From assembly GCA_026416715.1 (NCBI GenBank), contig JAOAEQ010000011.1:12580-76579 (forward strand): 64,000 nucleotides of DNA, read 5' to 3'. The position numbers were made by a program, and so were the translations under genes. Under the pieces are notes generated by a model that saw only the letters and a program-made list of their open reading frames with translations, was not told the origin of the DNA and searched no databases. This DNA comes from a bacterium. GTDB taxonomy: Bacteria; UBP4; UBA4092; JAOAEQ01. Below, piece by piece: positions 1 to 8,772 of the stretch (its first letter is position 1; every line of letters begins with the position of its first letter).

Positions 1-47
1 TTCTCGCAGAGGCGGGAATCGAAATCCCCTTTCGAAGAAAGGGTTGT

Positions 48-2165
48 ATGGAATATAAAAGTTCAGTTTTACTCAATGGAATTGAATTGCAATTTGAAAC
101 TGGCAAAATGGCTAAACAAGCGGATGGCGCGGTAGTAGTTCGTTATGGCGATACGGTCATATTAGTCACGGCAGTTGCTGAAAAGGAACCTGCGGCGGAC
201 GTAGATTTTTTCCCGCTAACGGTTGAATATCGCGAACGGAGCTATGCTGCGGGAAAATTTCCGGGCGGATTTTTTAAACGAGAAGGGAAACCGAGCGATT
301 TGGAAACATTAGGTGCGCGACTGATTGACCGCCCGTTACGTCCGTTATTTCCGGAACATTATTATTGTGAAGTACAGGTTATTGTAACCGTTCTATCGTA
401 TGACGGAGAAAGTGATCCGGCAGTGTTAGCGGTGAACGGTGCGTCTGCCGCATTATGTATCTCTGATATCCCGTTTTCGATTCCGGTTGGTGCGGTTAAA
501 GTTGGACGAATTAATGGCCAGTTGGTATTAAATCCGACGTTTGCGCAGTTGGAGGAGAGTGACATAAATCTTGTGGTTGCTGGGACTGATACCGCGATTA
601 TGATGGTTGAAGGGAGCGCACGGGAAGTAGCGGAATCGGATATGCTTGCCGCATTAAAATTTGCGCATCAGTATATAGTGCAGATTATTGAATCGCAACG
701 TGCGTTGATCCACCAGTGCGGGAAACCGAAACGAGAAGTGAAACCGATAGAACTCGACCCGGGATTGGTTGCTGCGGTGCGAGAAGTGGTTATTCCGAAA
801 TTGAATACTGCGATTCGAATTGCCGATAAAACGTCGCGAGAATCAGCGGTCGAAACAATCGTTAAAGATGCACTCGACCAATTTCTGCCCACTTATCCTG
901 AGCAGGAGAAAGCAATTAAATCAATTGTTTATCAAGCGGAATACGAACTCGTTCGGAAAATGATTTTAGATGAAAAACGACGCGCTGATGGACGAGGATA
1001 TACTGATATCCGTCCGATAACCTGCGAAGTAGGGATATTACCGCGAACCCATGGATCCGCATTGTTTACCCGGGGTCAAACGCAATCGTTAGCAGTAACT
1101 ACGCTGGGAACCACCGAAGATGAACAGTTGATTGACGGGATTCTAGGCGAAACAACCAAACGGTTTTTATTCCATTACAATTTTCCGCCGTATTCAGTAG
1201 GGGAAGTGCGTCCGATTCGTGGGCCTGGTCGTAGAGAAATCGGACATGGGAATTTAGCGGAACGGTCATTAGAAGCGGTTATCCCCTCTGCGGAAGTATT
1301 TCCGTATACGATACGGATTGTTTCTGATATTTTAGAATCGAATGGGTCATCATCGATGGCATCAGTGTGCGGTGGGACATTATCACTAATGGATGCTGGT
1401 GTTCCCATTAAATCGCCGGTTGCTGGGATTGCTATGGGATTAGTTAAAGAGGGAGAGCGATATGCAATTTTATCCGATATTATGGGGCTGGAAGACCATA
1501 TCGGAGATATGGATTTTAAAGTTGCTGGGACTCAAGCTGGCATAACTGGCTTCCAGATGGATATCAAGGTCAGCGGCGTAACATTTGAAATTATGGAACA
1601 AGCGATGGAACAAGCCAAATCCGGTCGGTTGTTTATCCTACAGAAAATGCTGGAAACGATTGCGCAACCCCGGCCGGATATTTCGATTTACGCACCACGA
1701 ATTATCACGATGCAAATTAAACCAGACCAGATTCGGACAGTGATTGGTCCTGGTGGGAAAGTGATTAAAGATATCATCAGCAAGACCGGAACAAAAATCG
1801 ATATTGAAGATGACGGAACTGTTAAGATTGCTTCCGTAGATGAAAAAGCAGCTCAGGAAGCAGTGCAGATGATTGAATATCTGACGGAAGAAGTTGAAGT
1901 CGGTAAAATTTATTTAGGGAAAGTAACGCGGATTCTTAATTTTGGCGCGTTTGTTGAAATTCTTCCTGGAAAAGAAGGGTTATGTCATATTTCGCAGTTA
2001 GATGATAAGCGGATATCGAAAGTTGAAGATGTAGTGCATGAAGGAGATACCATCCTGGTTAAAGTAATTGAAATTGATGACCAGGGTCGGATAAATTTAA
2101 GTCGTAAACTAGCGCTGCGAGAAAAAGAGAAATCCGGAACTCGCGGGGTCGAATCGCGAAAATAA
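48..2165 (+). CDS. pnp: Polyribonucleotide nucleotidyltransferase (PNPase)
   Basis: FFPLTVEYRE, GGFFKREG, RREIGHG and SNGSSSMAS RNase PH motifs; C-terminal KH (IGPGGKVIK) and S1 domains. Confidence 0.98.
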   Translation: MEYKSSVLLNGIELQFETGKMAKQADGAVVVRYGDTVILVTAVAEKEPAADVDFFPLTVEYRERSYAAGKFPGGFFKREGKPSDLETLGARLIDRPLRPLFPEHYYCEVQVIVTVLSYDGESDPAVLAVNGASAALCISDIPFSIPVGAVKVGRINGQLVLNPTFAQLEESDINLVVAGTDTAIMMVEGSAREVAESDMLAALKFAHQYIVQIIESQRALIHQCGKPKREVKPIELDPGLVAAVREVVIPKLNTAIRIADKTSRESAVETIVKDALDQFLPTYPEQEKAIKSIVYQAEYELVRKMILDEKRRADGRGYTDIRPITCEVGILPRTHGSALFTRGQTQSLAVTTLGTTEDEQLIDGILGETTKRFLFHYNFPPYSVGEVRPIRGPGRREIGHGNLAERSLEAVIPSAEVFPYTIRIVSDILESNGSSSMASVCGGTLSLMDAGVPIKSPVAGIAMGLVKEGERYAILSDIMGLEDHIGDMDFKVAGTQAGITGFQMDIKVSGVTFEIMEQAMEQAKSGRLFILQKMLETIAQPRPDISIYAPRIITMQIKPDQIRTVIGPGGKVIKDIISKTGTKIDIEDDGTVKIASVDEKAAQEAVQMIEYLTEEVEVGKIYLGKVTRILNFGAFVEILPGKEGLCHISQLDDKRISKVEDVVHEGDTILVKVIEIDDQGRINLSRKLALREKEKSGTRGVESRK

Positions 2166-2412
2166 TAGCCATAATAATCACTACGTAATGCACGTGAACA
2201 ACCGTAGCGCGTTCATCATTTACTACTAGTCATAACTATTTCGCTTCCTTTAAGATTCAAGATATAAAACGGGTAAGGGTTTCGGTTAGGTGACGTGCTG
2301 TCTAATATTCAATCATCGTTTAGTTTAGTTCGACTGCGATACCGTCATGATACCAACCTGCGATATAGTCGAATTGCGAAAACCGTTAACCGATATCCTA
2401 TAGAATTGTTCT

Positions 2413-3672
2413 ATGACTCGCGGGAATCAAACTATGTTCAATAAAACCGTGTTGGATAATGGATTGACGATTGTAAGTGAACGTATACCCCATCTCCGTT
2501 CGGTATCACTGGGGGTATGGATTCTTGCTGGGTCACGACAGGAAGAAGCGACTCAGAATGGACTTGCGCATTTTATCGAACATATGACATTTAAAGGGAC
2601 AACGACGCGCAGCGCGAAACAGATTGCCATTGAAATCGAATCGGTTGGAGGAATGTTGAACGCATCTACCGACCGTGAATTAGCTTGTTTTTATGCGAAA
2701 GTTCTTGACCAGCATCTGCCGCTCGCGTGCGATTTACTGTCCGATATTGTACTCCATTCTAAATATGACCCGATAGATGTTGAAAAAGAAAAAAACGTTG
2801 TTATTGAAGAGATTCGCATGTATGAAGATGACCCGGATGAGCTGATTACCGATATTTTTGCAGCAACGTTATGGAAAGACCAGCCGTTAGGCAGACCGAT
2901 TTATGGAACGAAAGACCTCGTTCGAACGTTTACCCAGAACGATATTTTCAATTATCGGAAACAACATTACCAGCCGGAAAATATGGTTATCGCAGCGGCG
3001 GGTAATCTTGACCACCAGCAGTTAGTTGATTGTGTCGCGACGCATTTTCATCTTATTCCGAATGGAAATAGTCCTGCCCCGAAGCTTTTAGAAAAACCGC
3101 AACCGTTCTATCAGCAAGTTACTATCGACCGTCCGTTAGAACAACTCCATTTCTGTTTAGGAACAGAATCTATTCCGCGGTCGCATCCGGATAGATATGC
3201 GTTAGGTATCCTCGGAACGATACTCGGTGGTGGGATGAGTTCGCGATTATTTCAGGAGATTCGCGAGAATCTCGGTCTGGTGTATTCCATCCATTCATTT
3301 GGAGTATATTTTCGTGATACCGGTTATTTTGCGGTCAGTGGCGCTACCGGACCGAAGAAATTAAACCGAGTTTTCCAGTTAGTGGATAAGGAATTGAAAA
3401 AAATGGTAGATGAATTGGTTACCGAAGAAGAATTCCGTAATGCGAAAGAACATTTAAAAGGTTGGATGATGCTTGCGTTAGAAAGCACGAGTTCTCGCAT
3501 GACCCGAATCGCTGATCTCCAAATTTATTTCAATAAATATATTTCATTAGATGAAACTATCGCGCGGATTGATGCGGTGACCCCGGATGATGTAAAACGA
3601 TTAGCGACCCAATTATTTGCGGATAGCAAACTGACTACTGTTGTCATCGGACCGATTGATAAAATCGAGTAA
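2413..3672 (+). CDS. M16 family (pitrilysin-like) zinc peptidase; start may be ATG 2434
   Basis: Inverted zinc motif HFIEH; GGGMSSRLFQEIRE; usual position downstream of pnp. Confidence 0.93.
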   Translation: MTRGNQTMFNKTVLDNGLTIVSERIPHLRSVSLGVWILAGSRQEEATQNGLAHFIEHMTFKGTTTRSAKQIAIEIESVGGMLNASTDRELACFYAKVLDQHLPLACDLLSDIVLHSKYDPIDVEKEKNVVIEEIRMYEDDPDELITDIFAATLWKDQPLGRPIYGTKDLVRTFTQNDIFNYRKQHYQPENMVIAAAGNLDHQQLVDCVATHFHLIPNGNSPAPKLLEKPQPFYQQVTIDRPLEQLHFCLGTESIPRSHPDRYALGILGTILGGGMSSRLFQEIRENLGLVYSIHSFGVYFRDTGYFAVSGATGPKKLNRVFQLVDKELKKMVDELVTEEEFRNAKEHLKGWMMLALESTSSRMTRIADLQIYFNKYISLDETIARIDAVTPDDVKRLATQLFADSKLTTVVIGPIDKIE

Positions 3673-3835
3673 AATGGCTAACGTAAGCCTTAATAATGTC
3701 AAATTATAATATCCTAATGTCAAATAGATAACGTGGGAACGAAAGAATTGAAGAACCGCAACCTGTTCATGTATATATTTTTTGTTCCGTTTTTTCGTTC
3801 TTAGGTTGTTGTATTTGGCATTTGCGCTTTGACAT

Positions 3836-5368
3836 TTGATATTGAACTCAGGGATTGCTCCTATATCTAAATCTCGGATAGTAGTATCTAAATCCGAGAT
3901 CTATCTATTGATTCTCCTTATTCTAACGGTTTTCCTGCGTGTTTTTCTACTCCCAACGTATCCGCCTGGATTATGGTATGATGAAGCGATTAACGGATTA
4001 GATGCATTAACGATTTATTCTGGAAAAGCGTATCCGATATTTTTTGATTCTTACGGTCATCCGCGTGAACCGTTATTCCTCTATTTCATTGCAGTACTCT
4101 ATTCGATTTTCGGAGTTTCGGCATTCACGTTGCGGGTCGCTGCCGCGATTATCGGTAGTATCACGGTTATCGTTTTCTACTATTTCATCCGCTATCTTTT
4201 TACCAATCGGATCGCGTTCATCGCTTCGTTTCTATTAGCGACCGCTAAATGGCATCTCATATTCAGCCGATTATCGTTTCGAACGATTCTAACCCCGCTG
4301 TTGCTCATTCTGGTTTGCTACTGTTTATTCCGCGCGTTCAATGAACGCAAACGAATCTGGTATATTTTAACCGGTATATTTTTAGGGATCGGAATGTATA
4401 CGTATCTTGCGTTTCGATTAGCCCCGTTGTTCATATTGATAATTATTATGTATGCTTATGTTCAAGAGAAGAATACGATCGTACCTCGTAAATCTAACAT
4501 TGCCATTATTTTCCTTGTCTGGTTTCTCGTCTTCCTCCCGCTATTGATAGATTATATCGTGCATCCGTTCCATTTCTTCGGAAGAACGGACGAAGTTACG
4601 GTTTTCCAGAACGGATTCGGTGAGGGAATTAAACATATTGTCGCGAATGCATTGAAAGTTGCAATGATGTTTTCGATTCCGGGGAAAGGCGACCCGGAAC
4701 CGAAACATAATTTTCCAGGCGAACCAGCGTTACCATTCTTCTTATCAATTTTTTTGGTTATCGGAACCATCGTTGCGGTCAAAAAGATTCAAGATACTCG
4801 ATACTTTACGCTCCTAGTATGGTTTATTCTTTTCCTAACTCCGAGTGTTTTCTCGATGGGTGCGCCGAATACGCTACGAACCACCGGCGCTCTACCCGCA
4901 TTATATGCGCTGATCGCACTCGGGTTCGATTGGGTCTATACATTCGGATTACATAAACTCCTATCGCAAACGCATCGGGTGCTCAATATTATTGCAGTAA
5001 TCATTTTACTTTATTGCGGGTCGGTTGGTGTATATCAATATTTCCGTTGGGCGAAATCTGACCGCACTTGGCTTGCGTTCAACACTGCAGAAGTTGAATT
5101 GGGTCACCAAATCAAATTATGGAGTTCGGATTCGAAATCCGCAATTTATCTTCCGAAAGTAGTTGCGGAACATCCGACGGTTATCTTCTCTGCATATCCA
5201 TTTGATTATTTCTACTATGAGACCCTTGACCCGTTACCGAACACGATTTATATTATCATTGAACCGAGTATATTCGTCCAACTACAAACGCAGTTCCCAA
5301 ACGGGAACATCATCCGCGAATTTAAACTGATTAACGGACAAACCTGGGCTATTGCATATAAAACCTAA
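3836..5368 (+). CDS. ArnT/PMT-like (GT-C fold) multi-TM glycosyltransferase; true start uncertain
   Basis: WYDEA motif after TM1, HPREPLF loop, many TM helices. Confidence 0.8.
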   Translation: MILNSGIAPISKSRIVVSKSEIYLLILLILTVFLRVFLLPTYPPGLWYDEAINGLDALTIYSGKAYPIFFDSYGHPREPLFLYFIAVLYSIFGVSAFTLRVAAAIIGSITVIVFYYFIRYLFTNRIAFIASFLLATAKWHLIFSRLSFRTILTPLLLILVCYCLFRAFNERKRIWYILTGIFLGIGMYTYLAFRLAPLFILIIIMYAYVQEKNTIVPRKSNIAIIFLVWFLVFLPLLIDYIVHPFHFFGRTDEVTVFQNGFGEGIKHIVANALKVAMMFSIPGKGDPEPKHNFPGEPALPFFLSIFLVIGTIVAVKKIQDTRYFTLLVWFILFLTPSVFSMGAPNTLRTTGALPALYALIALGFDWVYTFGLHKLLSQTHRVLNIIAVIILLYCGSVGVYQYFRWAKSDRTWLAFNTAEVELGHQIKLWSSDSKSAIYLPKVVAEHPTVIFSAYPFDYFYYETLDPLPNTIYIIIEPSIFVQLQTQFPNGNIIREFKLINGQTWAIAYKT

Positions 5369-5392
5369 TCATTTTATTTTTGCTATACTCAA

Positions 5393-6850
5393 ATGAATGC
5401 TCACATCAACCTTTGGCTAAAAACCTATCGAATTGAGTTCATACTTTTTTTCTTACTGTGGTTCACCTACGGCTATTTCATCCATCAGAACCCTGGATGG
5501 AATGTTACCACGCGGATGGATTTCATCTATGCCGTAGTTGACCAAGGGACACTTTCGATAGATGCTTATTACCATCAGCCGTCGAAAGAATATTATACCG
5601 GCGATGTTGCTGAATATAACGGTCAGCATTATTCGGATAAAGCGCCAGGACTCGCCCTGCTCGGCATTCCGGTCTATGCGGGATTTATCAACCTAGCCGA
5701 TATAATCGGCTGGCATCCGAGTCCGTTAATTTCTCGATATATTGTCACCTTATTTACGGTCGGATTACTTTCCGCAACGCTTGGCGTAATCTTGTATCGG
5801 TTTCTAGCGGTTTTTGATGCGAATAACCAGAATCGGGTGATGGTGGTTTGCGCCTATGCGTTTGGAACCATTGCGTTTCCTTATTCAACCTTATTTTTTA
5901 GTCATATACCCGCAGCTGTATTTTGTTTTTTGGGATTCTATCTCATATTTACAAAAATAAGATATCAACCGGTAGAGGTTAGAAATCAGATGGGAGAAGC
6001 CAGAAAACAACAAAATCGAACTACTAGCTACTGGCTTCTAGCCTCAGGTTTTTTTGCCGGCTATGCGCTGATAACTGAGTATCCAGTCGGGCTCATCGTT
6101 TTCGGATTAGTCGTTTATTTATACCTCCAGCGGAAGAAAATACACGATGTTATTTTATTTCTTGTTCCTATATTTATTTGCTTACTAATTCCTGCGATGA
6201 TCAATTATCTCCAGTTCGGAACACCGTTTGCGCTTGGGTATCAATATGAGAAACTGGATGAATTCCGCACCGGAATGAGTCGCGGATTGTTCGGGATAAC
6301 TGTTCCCTCGTTAAAAACATTGTATGGGATAACCGTTCATCCGTTTCGTGGATTATTCTTCTGGTCGCCAGTATTAATCTTATCGCTATTCGGCTTCTAT
6401 CATTTCTATCGGGAGAAGAAGTTCCGAAACGAGTTCTGGTTATTCCTTGTTATCGTCGTCGTATTTTTCTTGTTTAACATCTCATATTTCGCTTGGTGGG
6501 GCGGGTGGGCGACTGGACCACGGCATATCATTCCGATACTGCCGTTTTTAAGTATCCCGATGATCTATCTATTCTCTCGATTGAAAAAACTCAGTCTCGG
6601 ATTGAGTTTGATTTCGATAGGTTTAATGATTATCGCTACTGCAGCTGACCCGCAGGTTCCACAATCCTATCTCTATCCGCTTTGGGAATTCGCGCTTCCT
6701 CGATTGATGTATGGTATTGTAACTCTCAATCTCGGTTCCCTCTTATTTGGATTACAAGGGTTAACAAGTTTGATTCCGTTACTTAGTCTCCTTATCCTCG
6801 GCATCGGATTACTCGTTAGAGTATCACAACAAGCATCTAAAACAACTTAA
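5393..6850 (+). CDS. Multi-TM membrane protein, probable GT-C fold glycosyltransferase
   Basis: YSDKAPG, RGLFFWSP and WWGGWATGPRH motifs; about 11 TM segments. Confidence 0.65.
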   Translation: MNAHINLWLKTYRIEFILFFLLWFTYGYFIHQNPGWNVTTRMDFIYAVVDQGTLSIDAYYHQPSKEYYTGDVAEYNGQHYSDKAPGLALLGIPVYAGFINLADIIGWHPSPLISRYIVTLFTVGLLSATLGVILYRFLAVFDANNQNRVMVVCAYAFGTIAFPYSTLFFSHIPAAVFCFLGFYLIFTKIRYQPVEVRNQMGEARKQQNRTTSYWLLASGFFAGYALITEYPVGLIVFGLVVYLYLQRKKIHDVILFLVPIFICLLIPAMINYLQFGTPFALGYQYEKLDEFRTGMSRGLFGITVPSLKTLYGITVHPFRGLFFWSPVLILSLFGFYHFYREKKFRNEFWLFLVIVVVFFLFNISYFAWWGGWATGPRHIIPILPFLSIPMIYLFSRLKKLSLGLSLISIGLMIIATAADPQVPQSYLYPLWEFALPRLMYGIVTLNLGSLLFGLQGLTSLIPLLSLLILGIGLLVRVSQQASKTT

Positions 6851-7116
6851 TCGCAGAGAACGCAGAGTTTATCCTGCTTTTCATCCTCAAATAACTACTG
6901 ATTATATTCCTTGCAGGGGAGTTGAATTAAATCGTATAATAATTAAAATCGAGTTTAATGAGTTAAATAAAATCATTACTACCAAGATACTAAGACATAA
7001 AGTTTTACAAATTCATTTTTTAGTGATTCGTGGTGGTTTTTGTGCCTTGGTAGCAGGTTTTGGTTTTCCAATTTAACCCATTTATCCATTTAACCATTTA
7101 ACTGGGTTTAAGGTAC

Positions 7117-7207
7117 GGAGAGATGTCCGAGTTGGTCGAAGGAGCACGCCTGGAGAGCGTGTAGGTGGGTAACTGCCTCGTGGGTTCGAATCCCACTCTC
7201 TCCGCCA
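7117..7207 (+). tRNA. tRNA-Ser(GGA)
   Basis: GGAGAGA/TCTCTCC acceptor stem, anticodon arm CACGC-CTGGAGA-GCGTG, long variable arm, GGTTCGAATCC, GCCA end. Confidence 0.96.
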
Positions 7208-7371
7208 GAGTACGCTAAACCTTTATCTAGCACAAGTAAAAGTTTGTTTTATATCGGGAGGGAAACAAAACAAACTGCTAAATAACCTAAACACAATATC
7301 AGTTCGAACTTTATTTTAACCAGCAGCGGTTTTATACTTTTTCATTGATTGATTTTATATTTTTTGTTAAT

Positions 7372-7580
7372 ATGAGAGAAGATGAAAATGCAAAAGTAAA
7401 CAAAAAATATTGAGTGAAAATTTCGGCTTAACTCAAGACGATTTAGCCAAGAAAGTTAATATTAAATACACTACGCTTATAGAGCTCGAAAAGTGGAGCA
7501 GTTAATCAACCAAGTGTTTAAACAATGGCAAAAATTGACAAAACTCGCTGGGTGTTAGTATTGAGAAGTTAAATAAATAA
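7372..7580 (+). pseudogene. Decayed XRE-family helix-turn-helix regulator
   Basis: Stitched frames read FGLTQDDLAKKVNIKYTTLIELE/SGAVNQPSV*TMAKIDKT/LGVSIEKLNK*: frameshifts near 7491 and 7546, in-frame TAA at 7519-7521. Confidence 0.8.
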
Positions 7581-7595
7581 ACCTGGCCAAACATT

Positions 7596-8708
7596 ATGCG
7601 ATATTATATTGATTTATTTTCTCCAGAAACCGCAAAAGCTTTTGCAGATTCATCTCAAGATGTAACTGGGTTTCGTATTTCTCGAAAAACTTATGTAGAA
7701 AATCAAAAAATCGGCCTTGGCGACAGATTTATTTGTTATGTTACGAGGATACAAAGATTTATAGGTGTATTAGAAATACAAAGCGATCCTTATATTGATA
7801 ACATACCAATACTTACTGCGGAAAACGATCCCTTTGTGTTAAGGTTCAAAGTAAAAACGCTTGTTTGGTTACCATTAGAAAAGTCTATACCTATCCATAT
7901 TGATGAATTATGGAATAACCTTTCTTTTACAAAAGGGCTTGCTAAAGACAACCTTAGATGGATATTTATGGTTCGTGGTTCTCCTAAGCTTTGGCCGCAG
8001 AAAGATTGCGAGCTTATTGAAAAAGCATTGTTGGAACAATCTAAAATTCAGAAAGATTACAGCTTTTCCGAAGAAGAATCTAGTAAATTAAAACCTCAAA
8101 AAATAAGAGTAAGTGATAAAAAAGAAATAATAGTATCGGTACCAGAGGAAGAAGTTACAGAAGAAATTGAGATTAAAGAAGAAGATAGGAAAGCAATCGC
8201 TATTCAAGCTAAACTTGCGGAAATTGGAGAAAAACTCGGCCTGAAAATATGGTTACCAAATAGCGATAGAGTTAAAGTTTTAAGCATTTGGAAACCTAAA
8301 AATGAAGACATACTATTAAACGAATTACCCTTAGTCTTTGATGATACAACACTTAAAACAATAAGAAATATAGATGTTTTATGGATAAAAGGACGTTCGA
8401 TCGTTAGAGCTTTTGAAGTAGAACATACGACTTCAATATATTCTGGGATTCTAAGAATGGCAGATTTATTGGCACTTCAACCTATGCTCAATATTAAAAT
8501 TCATATTGTAGCGCCTTCTGAGCGTAAGGAAGCTGTTTTCAGACAAATAACAAGACCGGTTTTTTCTTTAATCGGCGAAAACTCTCTTTCGGAAGTATGC
8601 TCTTATATTTCATATGATTCGATTATAGAATTAGCTCAGGAAGAAAGATTAGAGTTTATGAATGATACAATTGTAGATGAGTATTCTGAGTTTTTTGGTG
8701 AACAATAA
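7596..8708 (+). CDS. EVE (PUA-like) domain fused to a PD-(D/E)XK-like nuclease; putative modification-dependent endonuclease
   Basis: N-terminal GDRFICYV...RFIGVLEI EVE-like pattern; C-terminal IDVLW...AFEVEHTTSIYSGILRM nuclease-like core; AT-rich codon usage. Confidence 0.72.
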   Translation: MRYYIDLFSPETAKAFADSSQDVTGFRISRKTYVENQKIGLGDRFICYVTRIQRFIGVLEIQSDPYIDNIPILTAENDPFVLRFKVKTLVWLPLEKSIPIHIDELWNNLSFTKGLAKDNLRWIFMVRGSPKLWPQKDCELIEKALLEQSKIQKDYSFSEEESSKLKPQKIRVSDKKEIIVSVPEEEVTEEIEIKEEDRKAIAIQAKLAEIGEKLGLKIWLPNSDRVKVLSIWKPKNEDILLNELPLVFDDTTLKTIRNIDVLWIKGRSIVRAFEVEHTTSIYSGILRMADLLALQPMLNIKIHIVAPSERKEAVFRQITRPVFSLIGENSLSEVCSYISYDSIIELAQEERLEFMNDTIVDEYSEFFGEQ

Positions 8709-8772
8709 TCTCGTTTTATCTGTGGCAAGTTTAACCGTTTATTTTATTCCGCAGAATTAACTTCTACAATCA

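Noticed and set aside
6865..6876. GAGTTTATCCTG repeated at 54311
   Set aside because: A single 12-mer match is expected by chance in a window this size
7071..7103. Short tandem CCATTTA units, and other periodic spacers, as a CRISPR-like array
   Set aside because: Units are 8-9 nt with no unique spacers, and there are no cas genes
7208..8772. Intact integrative element or prophage at tRNA-Ser
   Set aside because: No integrase and no duplicated tRNA 3' end found; at most a remnant islet
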